Shown: one piece after another, positions 10,451 to 21,265 of the stretch
Numbering within the stretch: position 1 is the first letter of the stretch
Layout of the letters: every line of letters begins with the position of its first letter
Assembly: GCA_963717465.1 (NCBI GenBank)
Contig: OY970340.1
Location: forward strand, 1,728,001-1,792,000
Direction of reading: 5' to 3'
Source of the DNA: Candidatus Bathyarchaeota archaeon
GTDB lineage: Archaea > Thermoproteota > Bathyarchaeia > Bathyarchaeales > Bathycorpusculaceae
DNA: 64,000 nt
The notes under the pieces: model-generated
Seen by the model: only the letters and a program-made list of their open reading frames with translations
Databases searched by the model: none
What the model was told of the DNA's origin: nothing
Translations under genes and position numbers: made by a program

Positions 10451-10496
10451 GTTTGGGTTTGGGGATTAAATTTTAATGCAAAAAATTTGACCCAAA
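10451..10496. repeat. Dispersed intergenic palindromic repeat, copy D
   Basis: GTTTGGGTTT-N7-AAATTTTAAT shared with 6943-6969; GGATTAAATTTTAAT core and A-tract shared with 8214-8247. Confidence 0.7.
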
Positions 10497-10642
10497 GGTC
10501 TGAGAACTGGAGAGGCGACCCAACAAAGAGGCCTATGGGAACTGTAGCACACGCTAAAATGCAAGGTAATTAGTTTATTTGTTTTCTAATAAAATTATTT
10601 AAGCAATTATTTATAATTAATAATGATAGCAGGCTGGTTTGA

Positions 10643-11239
10643 ATGATTTTCTGCTCAAGATGTGGAAAACAGACTTTAGAAAAAAATAACTACTGTGAAT
10701 ACTGTGGAAGCGAATTACCGTCAGCAGCTAAGAAGAATCATTTGGTCAATGGCATAATTATCGGGTCAGGGATAGTTTTGGTCCTTTTAGGGTTATTTGG
10801 CTGGTTTGGAAATGTTGGCGTCTTTCATTGGGTCTACGGTATATGTGTGCAAGACAGTTTGGGAACTTACTTTTATGTTCTGAGGCAGCTTCTTTTTGAG
10901 TTGAGCTTTTTTAGTGTATTTTTTCTATTTGGTATTGTTTTTCTAGTTTTAGGTTTTCTTGGAGAAAAAGGCAAAATTAATAATGTTAGGAGAAAGAAGC
11001 TGACTGCGTTGGATCGTGTGGCAGGCGGCTTGGGTGGCGGAGGAGGAGCATTATTAGGGATAACGTGGCTTGACATAATTTCAAATTATTATCTTCAAAG
11101 CCAAGATGCCTACTTGCTTTACTATGTTTATGTACCATTCGCCGCTATAGGTTTTGTAATGGTTGGGCTGAGCATCTATTTTTATTGGCGTAGTATGAAC
11201 AGAAAATTATTGAAAAATCGAACCAATAAATATGCATAA
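10643..11239 (+). CDS. Zinc-ribbon domain membrane protein
   Basis: N-terminal CSRCG...CEYCG followed by about 4 hydrophobic helices. Confidence 0.75.
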   Translation: MIFCSRCGKQTLEKNNYCEYCGSELPSAAKKNHLVNGIIIGSGIVLVLLGLFGWFGNVGVFHWVYGICVQDSLGTYFYVLRQLLFELSFFSVFFLFGIVFLVLGFLGEKGKINNVRRKKLTALDRVAGGLGGGGGALLGITWLDIISNYYLQSQDAYLLYYVYVPFAAIGFVMVGLSIYFYWRSMNRKLLKNRTNKYA

Positions 11240-11461
11240 TTAAAGGTATTTTGATTCAATATTTTAGCTGCTATAGCATTTTTGTCGTGTTAGTTATTTA
11301 TGGATTTTTTTGTCTGCATGTTGTATTTCTTAACGCTTGCATGCTGCAAAAGTTCTTTTCCATTTAGGTTTTCTCCTTTACCTCTTGCACGCCTTTCAGC
11401 CATAAATATCAAAAGGAAAAAGATAGTATGCTGCTTAAATGTGCTTTTTAGTAAGTTTAAG

Positions 11462-14400
11462 CTAATGTATGTTTATGTATATTTTCTTTCCATCTAGTTC
11501 AGATTCATGCCATTCAACTTGAATTTCGCTTCGGTTGCCATGTAAATATACTTTGCGAGTTCTAACTAGTCCAGCCATCTGCTCAAGATACGGCCTTAGC
11601 AAGCTGACGTTTTCTTCTTCAAGCTCAGAAATATGCGCTGATTCAAGCACTTCAGTTGGCATGAAACCCAACTCTTTACGTAGCGCTTGAACTCGCCTGG
11701 CTAAGTCTCGCATTATGCCTTCGCCGAGCAACGAGTCGTCTCTTTGCTTGCTGACGAAGATTGTTGTTTCATTTTCATTGCTGGAAACCCAGTTTTCGCC
11801 GCCCACGTTATCTGGAGTTTTCACTGAATATTCTACGTTCTTCACGTTTGTAAGTTCCAGAAATAAGTCTTCCAAATGCTTCACACTATTAATCGTCTTC
11901 TCTGGTGCAATTATGATGGCTTTGCTTAGCGGCCACCGACGCTTAAGCTTGCCCTGCTGCCTAGCAGCGTTGGATACTGATACGCATTTCAATAAGACAT
12001 CAAAATCTTCTTCCAAGCTTTTGTTGACCATTTTCTGGTTGGGAACTGGCCAAGCCTCAAAATTCACGGATTCTGGCAGTTTCGGATCAAGATGTTTGTA
12101 GACTTTCTGGTATAATGCCTCGCTAAGGTAGGGTGTGATTGGGTTGAACAGTAACGTGACAGTTTTCAGCGTGTGGTGCAATAGTGCATAGATGGTTTGT
12201 CGCCTTTCCAGGGTCTCAGGATCATCAGTCCACAGTTCTTTGCGTATCATGGGAACGTAAAGGCGACTTAATGTTTCAATGACAAAATCATCCAGAACTG
12301 CCACAGCGGTGTTGAATTCGCTTCGTTCAAGCTTTTTTGTAAATTCTTCGATTCTGTTTTGCATTTTTGACAGGAGCCACTTGTCAGCCTCTTGGAGGTT
12401 GCCTTTTTTTAGTGCCCACTCTAAGCTGTACTTTTGTGGGTTGAACTCGTCAAATACTGCGTTTTGCAAGAAGAACCTGCTTAAATGATAAAGCGTTGAC
12501 AGTACCTGGTATGATCGCCTGTTAAGTTCTTGCATGTCAAAGTTCATGAAGTCGATGGGTGAACACTTCTTCATCATGTAAAACCTGCACAGGTCTGCTG
12601 AGTTCTTTTCCAGTAGTTTGCTTGTTTCAACGACGTTGCCAAGGCTTTTACTCATCTTTCTGCCCTTTGCGTCCTGAGTTAACCCTTGGAAAAGAAACGC
12701 TTTGTAGGGTCCTTCGGGCTTCCCTGTTAGAATAACGTATTCAAGCAGGAGCGAGTTAGCCCAACCGCGTGTTTGATCAATGCCCTCAGTTAAAAAGGCG
12801 GCTGGAACAAACTTTTCAAACTCTTCATCAGTAAACCTTGCGTACGCTGAAGCACCGCTGTTGTGCCAAGTGTCCAAAACAAAATCTTCGCGCTTCATTA
12901 CTCCACTGCATTTTTCGCACTTAAGAGTTACGCGATCAACCCATGGCTTATGCAACTCAAAATTCTCAGGAACCTTCACCAATGATTTTTCAATCAATTC
13001 TTTCTTGCTTGAAACTAAATATTTATGCCCGCATTTCTCGCAAGTCCAAATCGGCAAAGGTGTCCCCCAAATTCTTTCCCGGCTGATGCACCATGGCTTG
13101 CCTTCGCGGAGGAAAGAGAAGAAACGGTTTTTCGGTTCTTCGTAAAAGTACTCTATTTTCTGGGCGGCTTCCAAAACTTTGCTGTTAATTTTATCAGTCC
13201 GCAAAAAGTATTCTTTGCGTGCAAGCCAAACCAGCTTGTGATGTGAACGCCAGCAAGTAGGGTACTCATGCTTCACTTTTTTGACTTCAACGAAAGCGTT
13301 TCTTTCACGAAGTTCTTCAACGACTAGTAAATCTGTATCCCGAGCAAAAGCACCAGTGAATTTGCCTGCGTCATTGGTGAACTTTACTTCGTCGTCATAA
13401 GGAGCAAAAATGGGTACACCTCTTCGTTGTGCAGCCCAAAAGTCGTCTTCACCGTTTCCAGGCGATAAATGCACTACGCCCGTGGCAGTGTTGACGTCAA
13501 CGAAATCTTCGCCGATGACTTTATGCACCAGAGGATGCTTGTTTTCAAGTTCAGCCTGCTTTGGAATGATGTCTTTTAATGGGTAATCGTAGGCTTTTCC
13601 TTCAAGGCTTTGACCCAGCATGGATTCGATGATTTCAAATTTTGTTATTTTTAGTTCTTGCATGACGGGTTCAACGCGCTGCTTAACCATAATCCAAGTT
13701 TCAGAACCAACTTTAACTTTAACGTACTCTGCAGTGGGTTTAACGGCTAGCATAGTGTCCGTTATAATGGTGAAGGGCATGGTTGTCCAAACAAGGAAAA
13801 ACTCATTTTCAGTGCCACTGACTTTGAATTTAAAGTACAGTGAGGGGTCTTCAACTTCCTTGTAGGAGCCTTCATAGCCTACTTCTGCGCTGCTAAGTGA
13901 AGTTTGACAGCCCGGGCAGTAAGCAACAACATAATGCCCTTCCTCCAAGAGGCCTTGATCCCACGCGCGTTTAAGATAACGCCATTCTCTTTCAATGTAA
14001 TTGTCACGGTAAGTCCAGTAGGCTTTTTTCTGGTTGATAAAAACTCCCAAAAGCTCATCTGCTTCAAGCCAGTACAGCGTGATACTTCATGATGACTTTT
14101 TTGCATTCCTCAATAAACCGCTCCTGACCATACCGCTCAACAAGCTCCCGCTTGTTCTTTACTCCCAAGATTTTCTCTACTTCTAACTCCACTGGTAAAC
14201 CTTGGCAGTCCCATCCAGCCCAAAACGGCATGTAATAGCCTTCCATGGTTTTCCATCGGTACCGAATATCCTTCATCACGCGGCCTCTTGCATGACCGAT
14301 ATGAGGAATACCGTTAAGAGTAGGTGGTCCCTCAACGTAACCTAAATTGCCCTTGCTATCCTTTTCTCTCTGCTCCAGTTTTTCTCGAATCTGGTTTTTG

Positions 14401-14492
14401 CTCCAAAAAGCTCTAATTTCTTTTTCGATTTCAAGCGGAGCATAATTTGTTGTTAAGCCTAACTCGGAATTAGTTTCACCCGTAGCAGTCAC
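11462..14492 (-). CDS. ileS: Isoleucine--tRNA ligase (~1009 aa); apparent +1 indel near 14072 splits it into two ORFs
   Basis: GPPTLNGIPHIGH, GWDCQGLPVE, WCISRER.WG, EGIDQTRGW, KMSKS; removing one base gives MKYHAVWLEADELLGVFIN. Confidence 0.97.
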
Positions 14493-14610
14493 TTTTCATC
14501 CCGTACCGCAAAATAAGGTAAAATACTATATAAAACTGTACATACGCTAGCAATGGCTTATTAGATTTTTAATGCTGCAACTGGAAAATTAATTTTTACC
14601 TTTCAAGTGA

Positions 14611-14793
14611 TCATTCAGCACCATATATCCAGTCGCAGTATCCACAACAAGGTTGGTTGCTTTTAAGCGGTTGTTTAGTTAGAGGACAAACCTGAAGTTT
14701 AACTGGGTTCATTTTTCCACAATATGGACAGACACCTTCGTCTTCAAACACGAGTTTTTCACAATACTTGCAGGGCCGTTTGTCCTTAGGCAA
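14611..14793 (-). CDS. Small Cys-rich double zinc-ribbon protein
   Basis: CKYC...CPYCG...CPL...CCGYC; GGAGA SD-like sequence upstream of TTG. Confidence 0.65.
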   Translation of the reverse strand: MPKDKRPCKYCEKLVFEDEGVCPYCGKMNPVKLQVCPLTKQPLKSNQPCCGYCDWIYGAE

Positions 14794-14921
14794 TTATTTT
14801 TCTCCTTTTATTCCTCTCTGCCAATCTTATTGTAAAAGCCAAATCCTTTGTGCGCTTCCAACTTTTCTTTGTGTCCCCAAGCAATTTCAGATATTAGATT
14901 CGTAATTTGCATCAATGCGCC

Positions 14922-16121
14922 TTAATCTTCTTTCACTGGGCTTTTTGATAAGACTCTTTTAGCTAATGGAATAATTATTTTTGTTCGAGCGCCGCCTAAC
15001 GTGCTTTTGACCGACTTTAATTGTTTTGGAATGTCAATGTGTTGTGGGCAGCGTTTCACGCATTCCCCGCAACTCTTGCACAGTGAAGCATCAGCCGCTT
15101 TGCCGTTCATTAATCCCATTAGTGAACCTGCGTACATTGCGCGTGTCATAAGTCTGTTACCAAACATGTGATATTGATTGTAGCTTTGGAAGTTGCCGGG
15201 AATGTTGACGCCATGTTGGCAAGGCATGCAGTAAGCGCATCCCGTGCAGGGCACTTTCATCAACCGCCTATAGGTAGCAGCAACCTTACCTACTGTTGCC
15301 AGTTCATCATTGGTCATGGCGTTAGGCAAGGCAGTTTCAGCTGTTTTTATGTTTTCGGTAATCTGACTTTCCCTGTTCATTCCAGAGAGAACTACGGTTA
15401 CTTCAGGGTGATTCCAAACCCAACGTAAACTCCATTCAGCACCCGACCTTTCAAAGCCAGATTCCTTGTAAATTTGCGCTATTTCTTTTGGCAGTTCACC
15501 TGCAAGCATTCCGCCACGCAAAGGCTCCATAATCATTACAGCAAGGTTTTTTGAAGCAGCATACTTTAACCCAACAGTTCCTGCTTGAAGGATTTCATCC
15601 AGAAAATTGTATTGAATTTGGCACATTGCCCAATCATACGCGTCAACGATTTCGCTGAACGTCGCACGCATTCCGTGGAACGAGAATCCTGCGTTAACTA
15701 TTTTTCCATCAGCTTTCGCTTTGTCTAAGAATTTCACTACTTCAAAACCTTGTAGTTTTTTCCAGCTTTCCTCGTTAAGACCGTGAAGAAGGTAATAATC
15801 GATTTTGTCAAGCTGAAGCTCTTGAAGCTGGATATCTAACAATTTTGCCATATCCTCGGGCTTTCTTAGGAGGAAAGGCGTCAGTTTAGTGGCGACTTTA
15901 ACTTTTTGTCGGTACCCATCCATCAAGGCTTTTCCAAGTATTTTTTCACTTCGATAAGGTACAGCCGTATCAAGATAGTTTATTCCATTATCGATTGCAA
16001 GACGGATTTGGGCAATCGATCGTTTCTCATCAATAGCCAAACCCCTTTGGGGTAGCCGCATAGTTCCAAAACCGAGAACTGATAGTTTATCGCCGTTTTT
16101 TGGCACAGTTCTATATTGCAT
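14922..16121 (-). CDS. Aldo/keto reductase with C-terminal 4Fe-4S dicluster
   Basis: LSVLGFGTMRLP, GINYLDTA, YYLLHG, CTGCAYCMPC and CKSCGECVKRCP; start placed at MQYR (16121). Confidence 0.92.
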   Translation of the reverse strand: MQYRTVPKNGDKLSVLGFGTMRLPQRGLAIDEKRSIAQIRLAIDNGINYLDTAVPYRSEKILGKALMDGYRQKVKVATKLTPFLLRKPEDMAKLLDIQLQELQLDKIDYYLLHGLNEESWKKLQGFEVVKFLDKAKADGKIVNAGFSFHGMRATFSEIVDAYDWAMCQIQYNFLDEILQAGTVGLKYAASKNLAVMIMEPLRGGMLAGELPKEIAQIYKESGFERSGAEWSLRWVWNHPEVTVVLSGMNRESQITENIKTAETALPNAMTNDELATVGKVAATYRRLMKVPCTGCAYCMPCQHGVNIPGNFQSYNQYHMFGNRLMTRAMYAGSLMGLMNGKAADASLCKSCGECVKRCPQHIDIPKQLKSVKSTLGGARTKIIIPLAKRVLSKSPVKED

Positions 16122-16285
16122 TTTACATGCACTTCGATTGACTACTCGGTACAAGGCGGTCTCTTAAAGTTTGCTTAGAGAAATCCTACTAAAGCGTCGA
16201 ATTGGAATCGTGCATATTTTAACTTGAAGAATTGCTATTATTCGAAAACTGCCCACCACTAAAACCTTCGAGTCGAAAGGTTATT

Positions 16286-16858
16286 CTATAATCCTTTTGC
16301 GCAACCGAGTTTTGTGGAACCCTTACAGTTTTTTGGGCACATAATATCCACTGACTTCAGCAGTTTTTTATGGTCTTCTTTGCTTAGCCATTCGACTTTT
16401 AAGTACTCGCAAATTCTTTCCGTGCTCAAGCCTATGCGTCTTGCTTCTTTTACAACGTAATTGTAGGCTTCAATTTCTGTTGGACGATCAACATAATCAT
16501 ACTTTGGGTCAAAGAGTTCTCTGCCATCCATAAATTGCTTGACATGGCAAAGTTCATGAATTATATCCAAGTAAACGTCTGTCTTGTTGCCGTTGTTGTA
16601 GTAATTTTTGCTTATAACAAGGTGCCCATCTGAGCCGTCGACATACATGTAACCAGTAACCCATGTGAACTCAACTTTCAAGTTATCGAGGACACTTTTT
16701 GTTTTTTCTCCAAAAATCCCTCTAATTGGCTCGAGCCTGTCAAAGTTTTTAAATTGCGAGGAAAAAATCATGGTTGTGTTTCCGAAACCAAGTACATTAA
16801 CAGGAAGTTTCCTCAATAAACGAATGATCTTAAAGAGGAAATACTCTGTTGATGTCAA
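16286..16858 (-). CDS. Hypothetical protein with zincin-like HExxH motif
   Basis: IIHELCHVKQ followed by PTEIEAY (candidate third ligand Glu). Confidence 0.65.
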   Translation of the reverse strand: MTSTEYFLFKIIRLLRKLPVNVLGFGNTTMIFSSQFKNFDRLEPIRGIFGEKTKSVLDNLKVEFTWVTGYMYVDGSDGHLVISKNYYNNGNKTDVYLDIIHELCHVKQFMDGRELFDPKYDYVDRPTEIEAYNYVVKEARRIGLSTERICEYLKVEWLSKEDHKKLLKSVDIMCPKNCKGSTKLGCAKGL

Positions 16859-16939
16859 AAACGCCGACTTCTCCCTTTTGAAATTTGACGGGTATTCAAA
16901 GTTTTCATTTTTCTTTCCCTATAATAAACGAATTGTCTG

Positions 16940-18319
16940 TTATTTGAAATTTGAAAGGTGTTCAAGCCACATTCCCTTTTGTACCAAGTCTGAAAGATCA
17001 GCTACGCTGCCGATGCTTGCATCGATGTTTCGATGAATTGGGTGACTCCACATGCCTTGTGGAGCAAGGTTAAACTGCAATGGAATCTCCGCTTTTACGC
17101 TATATTTTTCCTTTAAGTTTTTGATGAGTCTTCCTTCCCTGCAAGAATTGCGTGCGGAGACATAGCTGTGCACGAGTTGAGGTGAGGCAAATACGCCTAT
17201 GCCGTGCCAAACTGCTGCATCCTCAGGCGAGCCTAGCGCATACAAGAAGAATTGAGGCGAAGAAGGAGTTTCTTTAAAACTGTAATTCGCGAATTTTTCC
17301 CCATCAACAGTGAAGTCATCATCAGCATCTGCGATGCATACGTCAGATGGGTCAACAGAGTTAGGGTAAAGCTTAGTAGACTTGTATTTAACGCTAACAT
17401 CCCGAAGCTTACTATCAACGAAGTGTATCTTTCCTCGTGCAGCACGCTTTGAGCCAAACCCCTTCTTTGAATGAGGAACCGTAAGCAGCGTTGTCCTTTT
17501 AGTTATGCTTCTGCCCATGCAAGAGTAAGCTTCGTTTATAGCTTCCGCGTCACGGTGAGCTTGACTAATTATGTAATGCAGTACATCATCTTTTGTTTCA
17601 TTCTGCAAAGTCGAAATAGGCATGCGCAAAGAGTAAAGCGACAGGTTCATATCGAAAATTTCTGATAGCTTCTCAAGCTGAGTGTATTTTACGGCATCCA
17701 CGAAATCCAAGTAAGATTCGCCTGAGCTTGAAAGACAAGCTTGGATCATCTCCGTTTCAGCATTAGAAATTAATGTTCCAGTGTACTTTTTCAAGAACTC
17801 CGCATCTATCTTTAGCTGGCTGGTTTTAACGTAGGCTGCTGGAAAAGCGCTTTGACCGCTTGAAACAAGAGATGCCCTAAGCGGATTCATCGAGTACCTA
17901 TCAGCTTCCACGTCATCAGTATTCAGCAAGTACGGAACAATCATGCCTTCTGGCGGCTTCTTAAGAGCTTCACATAAATGCAATAAATCTTCTTTTTTAG
18001 GCTCGTGTAAGCCATTTTTGTAAAAGTAGTTTCCGCACGCCTCAAGCAGACGGACGGCTAGGATTCCTTGAACTTCTTCAATAGTTAATTGAGGATTCGT
18101 GTATTCAACTGATCCCCTTAGGAAAAAGTTCACGCCTTCAAAAGGCACGTTAACTCTTTTATCGTTAACAAACCGGAAAAGGGACACCTTTCGGCTAAGT
18201 CCCTCCACTTTTATGAATTCAAGTCTTTCAACTATTGCTTTAACGCAGGGCCATGACTTCTTCAAAAAGTCCTCCAGTAGAATACCGCAATAATCTTCAC
18301 ACTTGGATAATTGAATCAC
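16940..18319 (-). CDS. Hypothetical protein (459 aa, no recognisable motif)
   Basis: Long ORF, start overlaps the upstream GNAT stop by 4 nt. Confidence 0.8.
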   Translation of the reverse strand: MIQLSKCEDYCGILLEDFLKKSWPCVKAIVERLEFIKVEGLSRKVSLFRFVNDKRVNVPFEGVNFFLRGSVEYTNPQLTIEEVQGILAVRLLEACGNYFYKNGLHEPKKEDLLHLCEALKKPPEGMIVPYLLNTDDVEADRYSMNPLRASLVSSGQSAFPAAYVKTSQLKIDAEFLKKYTGTLISNAETEMIQACLSSSGESYLDFVDAVKYTQLEKLSEIFDMNLSLYSLRMPISTLQNETKDDVLHYIISQAHRDAEAINEAYSCMGRSITKRTTLLTVPHSKKGFGSKRAARGKIHFVDSKLRDVSVKYKSTKLYPNSVDPSDVCIADADDDFTVDGEKFANYSFKETPSSPQFFLYALGSPEDAAVWHGIGVFASPQLVHSYVSARNSCREGRLIKNLKEKYSVKAEIPLQFNLAPQGMWSHPIHRNIDASIGSVADLSDLVQKGMWLEHLSNFK

Positions 18320-19155
18320 CCTCTTTCAACCGATTCTGCAACATATATGCAATCCTTAGTAGTGTAAGCGCCTAAAAACATTCTTAGCAAAGAAACGCTT
18401 TCAGAAAAATCATTTTCACGCAGAAAACTTGCTATCTCAGTTTCCTTGCTTTGCAGGCACAGTGAAACATTGTAACCCTTCAGTTGACTTAAAACAGTGC
18501 GAAGAAGCATTTTTGCAGTGCTTGCCTTGTTTGACTGGCAAATCAACGGGCCAATCTCAGCAGTCTCGCCGCAAATCTTAGCAGCAACATACCCATTGAT
18601 TTTGTCTTCATCAGAGGAGAAATAACACAAATTATTCTTGCCAGAAAATATTGCCTTTAACAGTTTCTCCCTACTTGCCCCGAAATATTCGCTGTCAAAC
18701 TTGATTAAGGCAGGAAAAAATTGTTTTTTAGTTTTAGGTGCTTTCTCGCTGAAGACTAAGGGAGATTTTTTTAGTTGAAGGAAAGTAAAATTGCTATCAA
18801 ACTTAAAACCTAACTTTTCATAGAAACGTTTCAAGTCTGAATAAGTGTAAAGCCCAATTGCTTCAACGCCTCTACTCTGCAAGTAATTCACCGCATGCTT
18901 AACTAGGAGACTACCTACTCCTTCACCGCGAAATTCTTCCTTCACGATTAAATTTCCAAACCAGCCTACTTTCCCGTGACTGATGCACGTAGCTATGCCG
19001 ACGGGTTTAGAATCTTTATACGCAACAAAACAACCATGAGGTTCAAGTGAGGAAATAAATTTGAAATCTTCCAAATCGTTATTCCAGTCCATGGTGTTGG
19101 AGAGTGTGACTGCAAAAGGAAAGTCTTCATTACGCATCGGCTTTACATGAAACAT
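18316..19155 (-). CDS. Two-domain GNAT acetyltransferase (YitH-like)
   Basis: LIVKEEFRGEGVGSLL, FYEKLGF, second domain EIGPLIC. Confidence 0.85.
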   Translation of the reverse strand: MFHVKPMRNEDFPFAVTLSNTMDWNNDLEDFKFISSLEPHGCFVAYKDSKPVGIATCISHGKVGWFGNLIVKEEFRGEGVGSLLVKHAVNYLQSRGVEAIGLYTYSDLKRFYEKLGFKFDSNFTFLQLKKSPLVFSEKAPKTKKQFFPALIKFDSEYFGASREKLLKAIFSGKNNLCYFSSDEDKINGYVAAKICGETAEIGPLICQSNKASTAKMLLRTVLSQLKGYNVSLCLQSKETEIASFLRENDFSESVSLLRMFLGAYTTKDCIYVAESVERG

Positions 19156-19222
19156 AATTATACTTTAAATTAAGAAGGACTTAAGTGTAATCATAATTTA
19201 GCTAAACCCTCGTTTGTAAAAC

Positions 19223-20287
19223 TTATTTTAATTTTTTAGCTTTTTCCCAAGCGTTAGCGATTCCAGCTTTCGTTAAGACTCCTGCGATTTTGGTTGGTTC
19301 TTCCTTTTTAAGGACAGGTAAAAGATCTATGTTTTCCTGGTTCATAATTTTGGATGCTTCAGTAACAGGTCCATCGTCAAATACGCTTATTCTTCTTAAC
19401 GGAGACTCTTCGACTTTTATGTATATTCTTTGTTCAGCTGATACCTTCATTACTTCACTCCAAGTTAAGATGCCTTGGAACTGTTGCTCTTTTTCAACTA
19501 TAACGTCATTGTAACGTAGCTGGAACATTACTTGCTGAGCTTCCGCAATATTTTGTTCAGAATTTATTATTCCAACCTTTGGCTGCATTACGTCGCTAAC
19601 TCGAATTTTCGCCATGTTGGCAGTAGCGATTGTTTGTTCGGATTCTTCTGATGCGCCTAAGTAAACGAAAATACCGATTAAGACAAGCCAAAAATTCCAA
19701 ATAAACCCAACAATTACGAAAACTACGCCGAAAATCTTTCCCACATATACGGAATATTTGGTTGCATCAGAGTAGTTGATTTTTTTTGAAAGTAAAGCCC
19801 GAAAAACTCTTCCTCCGTCCATAGGCAGTGCTGGAATCAGATTGAAGAAGCCAAGAAGCACGTTCAAGCTTGCCAAGTCGAATAGGAATCTTTCTACAAG
19901 CGACAGGTAGGGTGAAATTATGGTTGTTGACTGCAAAGTTACAAGTTGGCTTGCGGCGAAAAGTGCTGCTCCGAGTGCTAAGCTTGTTAATGGTCCAGAG
20001 AGAGCCAATCGCCATTCAATAGATGGATTTTCTGAAATTTCCTCAATTTCTGACACGCCGCCTATCGGGTACAAAACGATTTTGCGAACTTTTATGCTGT
20101 AATGTTTTGCAACGATTGAATGGGCGAGTTCATGAAAGAATACAAATACAAATAGAAATATGGTCAGAACTGGGTAATAGAAATTTGGATAAAAGATTAC
20201 GAAAAATGCGATAATTAATATGAGAAATGTTAAGTGTAGCTCGATTGGTATTCCTAAGATTGAGCCAATTTTAAAAGAATATTTCAT
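19223..20287 (-). CDS. Site-2 protease (M50) with C-terminal CBS pair
   Basis: FFHELAH, NLIPALPMDGGRVFRA, CBS domain from RVSDVM. Confidence 0.93.
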   Translation of the reverse strand: MKYSFKIGSILGIPIELHLTFLILIIAFFVIFYPNFYYPVLTIFLFVFVFFHELAHSIVAKHYSIKVRKIVLYPIGGVSEIEEISENPSIEWRLALSGPLTSLALGAALFAASQLVTLQSTTIISPYLSLVERFLFDLASLNVLLGFFNLIPALPMDGGRVFRALLSKKINYSDATKYSVYVGKIFGVVFVIVGFIWNFWLVLIGIFVYLGASEESEQTIATANMAKIRVSDVMQPKVGIINSEQNIAEAQQVMFQLRYNDVIVEKEQQFQGILTWSEVMKVSAEQRIYIKVEESPLRRISVFDDGPVTEASKIMNQENIDLLPVLKKEEPTKIAGVLTKAGIANAWEKAKKLK

Positions 20288-20353
20288 AAATTTTCTTCTT
20301 AAGTAAACTTAATTTGTTTAGAAGATATATTATTATTTATTGAGGGATATGTT

Positions 20354-20726
20354 TTGAAGGAGTTCGTGTGGAATAAGCCTGTTTTGGCTATATTTAAGGA
20401 AAGAGACGTTAACCCTGAAGTTGAACCTTTTGCAGTGGTAAAAGCGAAAAAACTGACCGTTGCCCGTTCTGATAGCTCTGAATTAACTGGCACTATTCAG
20501 GATTTCTTTAAAATCATGGGAGACCTTGACTACCTTTCCTCCGCCCAAGGCGCGAGCGATCATTATGTAATTTGCTGGTTTGATGATGCTGAGCAGGATA
20601 CGACTAAGGATGTCTAGGCGACTAAGCAGGGTGAGTTTCAAACAAAAGGTAAGCTGCGTTATTAGCCAAGATGGAAAGAGAACGTATAATGGCTCATTTA
20701 AAGCGGAACACGGGAAACTAGGGTAA
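20354..20726 (+). CDS. Hypothetical protein; apparent +1 indel near 20615
   Basis: GAGGGA SD; ORF stops at 20617 but the +1 frame continues RRLSRVSFKQKVSC...KRTYNGSFKAEHGKLG to TAA 20726. Confidence 0.6.
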
Positions 20727-20863
20727 TTTACGTTTTCTCTCGCATTTCATAATTTGTCTACTTGATTGTGCAATTCTAGTCTAATGCTAAAGTAATTTTA
20801 AATATGACAGCCTAAACTTATATGTTCCATATAAAATTTCTAACGAGAAGGTTAAGGTAGTCC

Positions 20864-21265
20864 ATGATGTGCCCAAAATTGAAGTTGACTTTCGTTTCAG
20901 GCAGGACTGTCGATCAGGGCGTAGGCAAAGAGCGAGGAAAAGCGTCCCAAGAATACTTTGACACGGCTTCAATCTGCTTCTTAGATTCAGTAGACCTAAA
21001 AAAGCTTGGCATTAAGAGCGGAACTAACGTTAAATTGACAACAAGATTCGGGTCAGTAATAGCTAAAACTGTGCAAAATCCTCGAGGTGCAATGCCTGGG
21101 ATAGTTTTCATGCCCTGTGGATCATGGGCTAATGCCATTTGCGGGGATGACACGTACAGCATGGGAATGCCCTTGTTTAAGGGGTTTCCAGTTGAAGTTG
21201 AACCAGCCCCAGATCAACCTGTCCTTAGCATTCGAGAACTCATGAAAAAAGAGTATGGAAGGTAA
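20864..21265 (+). CDS. fwdD: Formylmethanofuran dehydrogenase subunit D
   Basis: SGRTVDQGVGKE, GIVFMPCGSWAN, GMPLFKGFPVEVEPA; upstream of fwdB. Confidence 0.92.
   Translation: MMCPKLKLTFVSGRTVDQGVGKERGKASQEYFDTASICFLDSVDLKKLGIKSGTNVKLTTRFGSVIAKTVQNPRGAMPGIVFMPCGSWANAICGDDTYSMGMPLFKGFPVEVEPAPDQPVLSIRELMKKEYGR

Noticed and set aside
14050..14090. Programmed frameshifting or split ileS
   Set aside because: No slippery site or stimulatory structure was seen, and many similar indels occur across the window
20615..20617. In-frame TAG as a pyrrolysine or readthrough codon
   Set aside because: The same frame stops again soon; a one-base indel explains the continuation better
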